Of a DNA stretch of 64,000 nucleotides, positions 59,135-64,000 are shown piece by piece; the stretch's first letter is position 1, and each line of letters opens with the position of its first letter. The notes beneath the pieces were generated by a model. It ran no database searches. It was not told the origin of the DNA and saw only the letters and a list, made by a program, of their open reading frames with translations. Location: the NCBI GenBank assembly GCA_018654745.1, contig JABILA010000092.1, forward strand, positions 1,729-65,728. Direction: 5' to 3'. Source of the stretch: Alphaproteobacteria bacterium (lineage in GTDB: Bacteria > Pseudomonadota > Alphaproteobacteria > UBA2966). A program made the translations under genes and the position numbers.

Positions 59135-59333
59135 TCCGTTTCCCGCGCCTGGGTTTTCTTTCATCCGGGCTGTTCTAACGCATCGTGCATCAGAACTGTA
59201 GGTGAAAGGTTAATTTGAGCGCAAGCCTGAATGCAAAATCATCAAAAGTCACCACTTCACGAAACACTCAATTTTATGTAATTTCAAAACGATAGTTGCC
59301 GCAAATGCGGACAAAATGTGGTAAATTCAGTTT

Positions 59334-60050
59334 ATGTCTACCGAAGTTCAAAATTACCCGATTTCAATCCGTCGAATTTCCCGACGAAGATTGTTGTGCA
59401 CTGCCAGCATACTCATAGGTTCTGCCGGGGTAGGTGCGATAGGATTAGTATTGGCAGATGACGCGGAAGCTGCCATCAAGGGCAAACCCGGCATTTTCAA
59501 TACAATTGAAATAAAGAAAAAGGGGTTAAAGCCGTTTCCTAAGTGGACTGGCGCCATGAAACGGTTCCTCAACGAAAAGCAGAAGAACGACGGCAAATGC
59601 AAGCCAACGGCCCGTAAGAAGTGTTATTACCAAACCTGGGCCAATATGATTGATGACCTGAGGGACAAAGGCCCCTGGAAACAAATCCTTGGGGTCAACA
59701 AATTTATGAACCGGGCACCATATGTCGTCGACAAGATGAATTGGGGCGTTAAGGATTATTGGTCAACACCGGGTCAGTTCTTTGCAAAATACGGTGACTG
59801 CGAAGATTACGCCATTGTCAAATTTCTCTCATTGCGGGCGTTGGGTATTCCCTCCAAGTCCATGAGAATTGTTGTTGTGCAGGATTTGAACCTAAAAATT
59901 GCCCACGCTGTTTTGGCGATTTATGTGAAGGGCAAGGTTCTGGTTCTGGATAACCAGATTAAGAAAGTGGTGGAATCAAAAACCATCCGCCACTACAGGC
60001 CCATATTTTCGCTCAACGAAGAGGGTTGGTGGCTTCACCGTAAAGCCTGA
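59334..60050 (+). CDS. LapG-like transglutaminase-like cysteine protease (BTLCP family) with Tat-type signal
   Basis: VNKFMN, D..NWG..DYW.TP.QF, catalytic GDCEDYAI.K (Cys), AHAVL (His), VLDN (Asp); N-terminal SRRRLL...AEA. Confidence 0.92.
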   Translation: MSTEVQNYPISIRRISRRRLLCTASILIGSAGVGAIGLVLADDAEAAIKGKPGIFNTIEIKKKGLKPFPKWTGAMKRFLNEKQKNDGKCKPTARKKCYYQTWANMIDDLRDKGPWKQILGVNKFMNRAPYVVDKMNWGVKDYWSTPGQFFAKYGDCEDYAIVKFLSLRALGIPSKSMRIVVVQDLNLKIAHAVLAIYVKGKVLVLDNQIKKVVESKTIRHYRPIFSLNEEGWWLHRKA

Positions 60051-60082
60051 TCTCCCTGAACGAACCCCTGATACCAGCAGAC

Positions 60083-60116
60083 AAAAAAGAACGGACACTC
60101 CCGAAGGAGTGCCCGT
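60083..60116 (-). terminator. Rho-independent terminator of the adhesin gene
   Basis: Minus strand ACGGGCACTCC-TTCG-GGAGTGTCCGT followed by TCTTTTTT. Confidence 0.85.
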
Positions 60117-60189
60117 CTAATTTACACTAACTAAACTCAACTACTCATTTACCACACATTTACCACTCGGTTACTAAACGTAATTTCGT

Positions 60190-63100
60190 TTATTCGATCT
60201 TGATTTCATTGGCATCGATATCGCCGTCTTCAATATTGGCGACAAGGGAATAGCCCTGACCAGATCCACTTTGGTCGTAATACAATTCATCCGTAGATGT
60301 ATCGAAGACAAAGGCTGCATCGCCCGAAGCCGTCTCACCGGCTGAGCTATCGATTTCTTCAAATTCAGAAGCATCCAGCATGCCGGTGCTCGCATCGAAG
60401 CTGACATTAAATGCATCACTGTCGAACGACAGTTCATCGTCACCGGCTTTGTAATCTGTGATGGTGTCACCAAGATCATCCAGTGATTCAAAGCGGAAAG
60501 TATCGTCACCCTTCCCACCCTTCAGTGTGTCTGCACCACTACCACCGACGATGTAATCATTGCCATCGCCGCCATTGATGTTGTCATCGCCAGCGCCGCC
60601 ATAAATGAAGTCATCTCCACTATCGCCTCTGATCGTGTCATTGCCAGCGCCGCCATACAATTGATCTGCGCCCGACCCGCCTTTGAGGGTATCAGCACCA
60701 TCTCCGCCAAAGAGGATATCGGCACCACTTTCACCTTTCAGCGTGTCGTCGCCATCACCACCGGTCAGAGTATTGTCATTTCCATCACCCTTGATGTAAT
60801 CGTCAAATGCCGAACCTGTGACATTTTCGATGTCATCCAGATCGTCATAGAAGGATGAACCATTTCGATCTTCTCCGTAGTCGTCGTTCAACTTCACTTT
60901 GACTGCAACACCACTAGCAGAATAATCGACGGTATCGATTCCACTTCCGCCATCGATTTCGTTATACCCGGTACCACCAAACAGTGTGTCATCACCGGCA
61001 CCACCAGACAGATCATCATCACCAGCACCGCCATACAGCATGTCATTGCCATCACCACCAGACAGGGTATCGTCTCCAGCACCCGACCAGATGATATCGT
61101 CACCATCTTCGCCATTTATTGTAACGTCTCCGTAGGCGTAGATATTGCTGGTCAAATCGACCAGGTCGTTTCCAGCGCCAGCGTTGATGGTCTCTACATT
61201 AACAATTTGCGCGCCCTCGCCATCCGGGAAGACGCTGTAGCGGTCATCCAGGAAGATTGCGTCATCGCCGACAGACAGACTGAGAACGTCAGTTCCGGAG
61301 CCGCCATCAAATACATCTTCAGACTTGTTATAGCCATCCAGATTAACGACTTCCTCGGTTTCAACGTTGTACGCCGCTGCACTGCTGGTCCAGGTACCAT
61401 CTGCAGAGTAGTTCAGTTCATCGTCATCATCTCCACCCGACAAGTAATCCGAGCCTGTGCCGCCGGACAGGGTGTCGTCACCATCACCGCCGTAGATCAT
61501 GTCGTTGCCACCAAGGGCATCGATGCTATCGTCACCGGATGTTCCGGTCAGATTGTCATCACCTTCTGTGCCCGAAATTGGTTGAACACCATTGTCTGTA
61601 ACATCAACAACGAAGGAGGTTGTTGACGTAGCCTCGGTACCGTCCTCGGAGGTGGTTGCGGTAACGGTCAGGGTGAAGTCAGCCATATCGATGTCGCCCT
61701 CGCCGCCTTCTCCGCCTTCTCCGCCTTCTCCACCTTCTCCGCCTTCACCACCTTCTTCGCCGGAACTTGCATCCAGAGTGATTTGCAGGTTTTCCAACTG
61801 ATCCTGGGTCAGGGTCCATGTCGTGGTCCCATCACCTGCATCCGAAGATGTACCGGCACTCAGGGTTGCGCCATCCGGCACACCGCTGATTTCAACAGTC
61901 ATGCTTTCTGATTCATCCATATCAACGAAAGCAGAAGTAATATCCAGGTCAAATGATGTCCCTTGATCACCCGATACATCAACAGCCGTTACAGTCGCGG
62001 CGTCAGCAACACCTGAGACATCGACAAACAAGCTATCATTTGTTGTGCCGTCGTCGTTTGTGGCTGTAACAACCAGATTAAAATCATCATCCGAGTGTTC
62101 CGGAGGCGTAATCGTCAGGTTGGACAAGTCCCAACCAGTGATATCAACCGAGCCGCCACCTTCAGGGGCAGTGTAGCTATCCGTACCAGATGTCAGGGTC
62201 GCCCCTGCAGGAATGCCGCCGATGGCAAGAGCCACGCCTACACCGGCTGCAGATACATTCAGGGCTATGGCGCTATCTTCCGCGCCTTCAGAATCACCCA
62301 ATGTCAGAACTGGTGGCTCAGCTTCCGGATCGATCGATACGACAATATTGCCAAAGGTCGAAGCCGTATCACTTCCGTCGGTTTCGGTTGAAGTCGCCGT
62401 TACGGTCAACGGAATATCAGCTTCCGAATCCACTGGTGGTGTGATCTGCAGGGTGGTCAAATCCCAACCTGTCACATCTACAGTGCCACCACCTGCCGGA
62501 GCAGTATAGGTATCCGTGCCAGATGTCAGCGTCGCACCTTCCGGGATGCCGCTAATACTCAAGCTCAGGCTTTCCGAACCGTCGGTATCGGTCAGACCCG
62601 CTGTGATATCCGGCAGGTCAATCGCCGTATTTTCGTCACCGCTGGCTGTTGTATCCATGGTCAGGGTAGGTGCATCAGCATCTGCTGCAACAGATACCGT
62701 CATGCTGCCTGTCGTTGAGGCGGCATCAGATCCATCCGTTGATGTTGCTGTCACACCCAAATTGAAGTCTGCATCAGAGTCAGCTGACGGTGTGATCTGC
62801 AGGCCGGTCAAATCCCAACCCGTCACATCAACTGAGCCACCACCTTCAGGAGCTGTATAGGTATCCGTACCTGAGGTCAGTGTGGCACCAGCAGGAATTC
62901 CATCGATCGTTACCGACAAAGTTTCCGAGGCATCCGTCAATGTCGCTGAGATATCAGGCAATGCAATGGCTGTATCTTCTGCGCCAGCTGCCGGATCACC
63001 GGTAATATCTAATGTCGGAGCATCCGCATAGTCTGCAACATCAACAATTACACTCGCTTCAACCGTGTTTGTATCCCCATCATTTTCTGTTGCAGTCGCC

Positions 63101-64000
63101 GAAACCGAGATTTCGAAATCATTACTACCTTGTGGCACCGTCACGCTCAAGTCGGTCAAATCGCCACTGGTCAATGTCCAGGTGCCATCCTCGTTGTCAG
63201 TGCCAGCAGAAAGCACAGCGCCCTCAGGCAGACCGCTAACAACCAGAGACAAGCTTTCAGAGCCATCTGTATCCGTCAGGTTGGAAGTTATATCCAGCGG
63301 ATATTCGACAGAGCCAGCATCTCCTTCAGAGGTCTCAAATTCGATTGAGTTAATCAGGAAATCATCACCAGCGCCTGGGGCTGAAAAGACGATCTGATCA
63401 AAGGCGCTACCATCATCCGCGGTGATAGAGACCGCTGGATCAATACCATCGCTACCGCCAACGACAGTTCCTTCGCCGACCTTTACACCGTCTTGATAAA
63501 GTTCATAAGTTGCATCTTCACCGGAATGTTTCCAGGCAAAAGCCACATCCACTGATGTGACTTCCTGATCAAACTCAATGAGCATTTCTTCAGAAACATC
63601 GTGCTCTGAATTGTAACCCAATTCTGAATCAGCACCTGAGGCCGAACCACTAACACCAAATCCTTGTGGGTAACCTGACTGGATGCTGATACTGTCACTT
63701 GAAGCGTCAGTCAGGTCACCATTCGCATCAACTGTCCGGCCAGAAACAGTAAACCCGTTTTCGCTATTCAGAACATTGCCTGAATCGATGGTGACATCCA
63801 CCGTTTCACCTGTACCGGCAATTACTTCGCCCTCACCGACTGAAACGGTCAAGGTTGGTGCATCCGCAACACCCGCAACCTCAACTGTCATTTGATCCGT
63901 AGTGGTTGTGGTCGAGTTACCGTCCGTCGAAGTGACAGATACAGACAGGTCGAAGTCTGCATCAGAGTCCTCGGCAGGGGTGACTGTCAGGCCGGTCAGA
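60190..64000 (-). CDS. Large RTX adhesin / T1SS substrate; 3' part only (5' end beyond the window)
   Basis: Reading frame stays open from 63999 (LTGLTVTPAEDSDADFDLSV...), so ATG 63891 is not the true start. About 100-120-aa Ig/cadherin-like repeats (DAPTL...GATL...L.ITP), many GGxGxDxLx nonapeptides, C-terminal LYYD secretion-type end; very acidic. Confidence 0.92.
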   Translation of the reverse strand, partial: LTGLTVTPAEDSDADFDLSVSVTSTDGNSTTTTTDQMTVEVAGVADAPTLTVSVGEGEVIAGTGETVDVTIDSGNVLNSENGFTVSGRTVDANGDLTDASSDSISIQSGYPQGFGVSGSASGADSELGYNSEHDVSEEMLIEFDQEVTSVDVAFAWKHSGEDATYELYQDGVKVGEGTVVGGSDGIDPAVSITADDGSAFDQIVFSAPGAGDDFLINSIEFETSEGDAGSVEYPLDITSNLTDTDGSESLSLVVSGLPEGAVLSAGTDNEDGTWTLTSGDLTDLSVTVPQGSNDFEISVSATATENDGDTNTVEASVIVDVADYADAPTLDITGDPAAGAEDTAIALPDISATLTDASETLSVTIDGIPAGATLTSGTDTYTAPEGGGSVDVTGWDLTGLQITPSADSDADFNLGVTATSTDGSDAASTTGSMTVSVAADADAPTLTMDTTASGDENTAIDLPDITAGLTDTDGSESLSLSISGIPEGATLTSGTDTYTAPAGGGTVDVTGWDLTTLQITPPVDSEADIPLTVTATSTETDGSDTASTFGNIVVSIDPEAEPPVLTLGDSEGAEDSAIALNVSAAGVGVALAIGGIPAGATLTSGTDSYTAPEGGGSVDITGWDLSNLTITPPEHSDDDFNLVVTATNDDGTTNDSLFVDVSGVADAATVTAVDVSGDQGTSFDLDITSAFVDMDESESMTVEISGVPDGATLSAGTSSDAGDGTTTWTLTQDQLENLQITLDASSGEEGGEGGEGGEGGEGGEGGEGDIDMADFTLTVTATTSEDGTEATSTTSFVVDVTDNGVQPISGTEGDDNLTGTSGDDSIDALGGNDMIYGGDGDDTLSGGTGSDYLSGGDDDDELNYSADGTWTSSAAAYNVETEEVVNLDGYNKSEDVFDGGSGTDVLSLSVGDDAIFLDDRYSVFPDGEGAQIVNVETINAGAGNDLVDLTSNIYAYGDVTINGEDGDDIIWSGAGDDTLSGGDGNDMLYGGAGDDDLSGGAGDDTLFGGTGYNEIDGGSGIDTVDYSASGVAVKVKLNDDYGEDRNGSSFYDDLDDIENVTGSAFDDYIKGDGNDNTLTGGDGDDTLKGESGADILFGGDGADTLKGGSGADQLYGGAGNDTIRGDSGDDFIYGGAGDDNINGGDGNDYIVGGSGADTLKGGKGDDTFRFESLDDLGDTITDYKAGDDELSFDSDAFNVSFDASTGMLDASEFEEIDSSAGETASGDAAFVFDTSTDELYYDQSGSGQGYSLVANIEDGDIDANEIKIE
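60500..61580 (-). repeat. RTX nonapeptide (Ca2+-binding beta-roll) blocks
   Basis: GGNDMIYGGDGDDTLSGGTGSDYLSGG; GAGDDTLSGGDGNDMLYGGAGDDDLSGGAGDDTLFGG; GGDGDDTLKGESGADILFGGDGADTLKGG and more. Boundaries approximate. Confidence 0.9.
61696..61761 (-). repeat. 9-bp tandem repeat encoding (EGG)n
   Basis: Plus strand (CCGCCTTCT)-type units, encoding GEEGGEGGEGGEGGEGGEGGEGD. Confidence 0.9.
62020..63035 (-). repeat. Three related Ig-like repeats of the adhesin
   Basis: Three copies of IP.GATLTSGTD.YTAP.GGG.VD.TGWDL..L.ITP, with synonymous DNA divergence. Boundaries approximate. Confidence 0.88.

Noticed and set aside
62983-62994. PAAG motif in the adhesin as a LapG cleavage site
   Set aside because: LapG sites lie near the N-terminus after the retention domain; this one is at the start of an internal Ig repeat near the C-terminal end. 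The relevant region is outside the window.
60190-64000. Repeats in the adhesin as a CRISPR array or DGR template
   Set aside because: All repeats are in-frame coding units with synonymous divergence; no constant repeat/unique spacer pattern, and no cas or reverse transcriptase gene.

Overview
Bacterial chromosomal window. Gene content (metZ behind a SAM-II riboswitch, an RpoH-like promoter, argD-argF-hslO) points to an Alphaproteobacterium, Rhodospirillales-like; this is an inference. (1) 1-18 kb: an oxidative-type dissimilatory sulfite reductase operon on the minus strand, dsrA-B-E-F-H-C-M-K-L-J-O-P-[GT3/YbiB-like]-dsrN-cobA (cobA runs off the left edge and is absent from the ORF track). Divergent from it are a TauD-like dioxygenase and two small hypotheticals, followed by a rhodanese / DUF302 / YeeE sulfur-handling group. 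(2) 18-47 kb: mostly housekeeping genes (MFS, tRNA-Gly, radical SAM + metallophosphoesterase pair, SAM-II riboswitch-metZ, apaG, folE, trkH, RND pump + TetR, argE, methyltransferase, hslO, argF, argD, ABC permease, MscS, arsC), with an accessory block of AraC, a two-subunit molybdoenzyme, a DMT transporter, msrBA and a Cys-rich ORF. (3) 47-64 kb: a type I secretion / adhesin locus with ABC + HlyD, a CHASE2 adenylate cyclase, TolC carrying an acidic NPF-repeat tail, a non-catalytic FGE-domain protein, a membrane protein with a periplasmic sensor, PAS-like and catalytically degenerate HD-GYP domains, a LapG-like protease with a Tat-type signal, and the 3' part of a large RTX adhesin cut by the right edge. 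The strongest leads are this Lap-like c-di-GMP adhesin switch built on a dead HD-GYP receptor instead of LapD, a DsrL-1-like protein carrying the NADP(H)-type YRR motif, and an Irr/ICE-like palindrome in the dsr promoter region. No CRISPR array, rRNA, transposase or integrase was seen.
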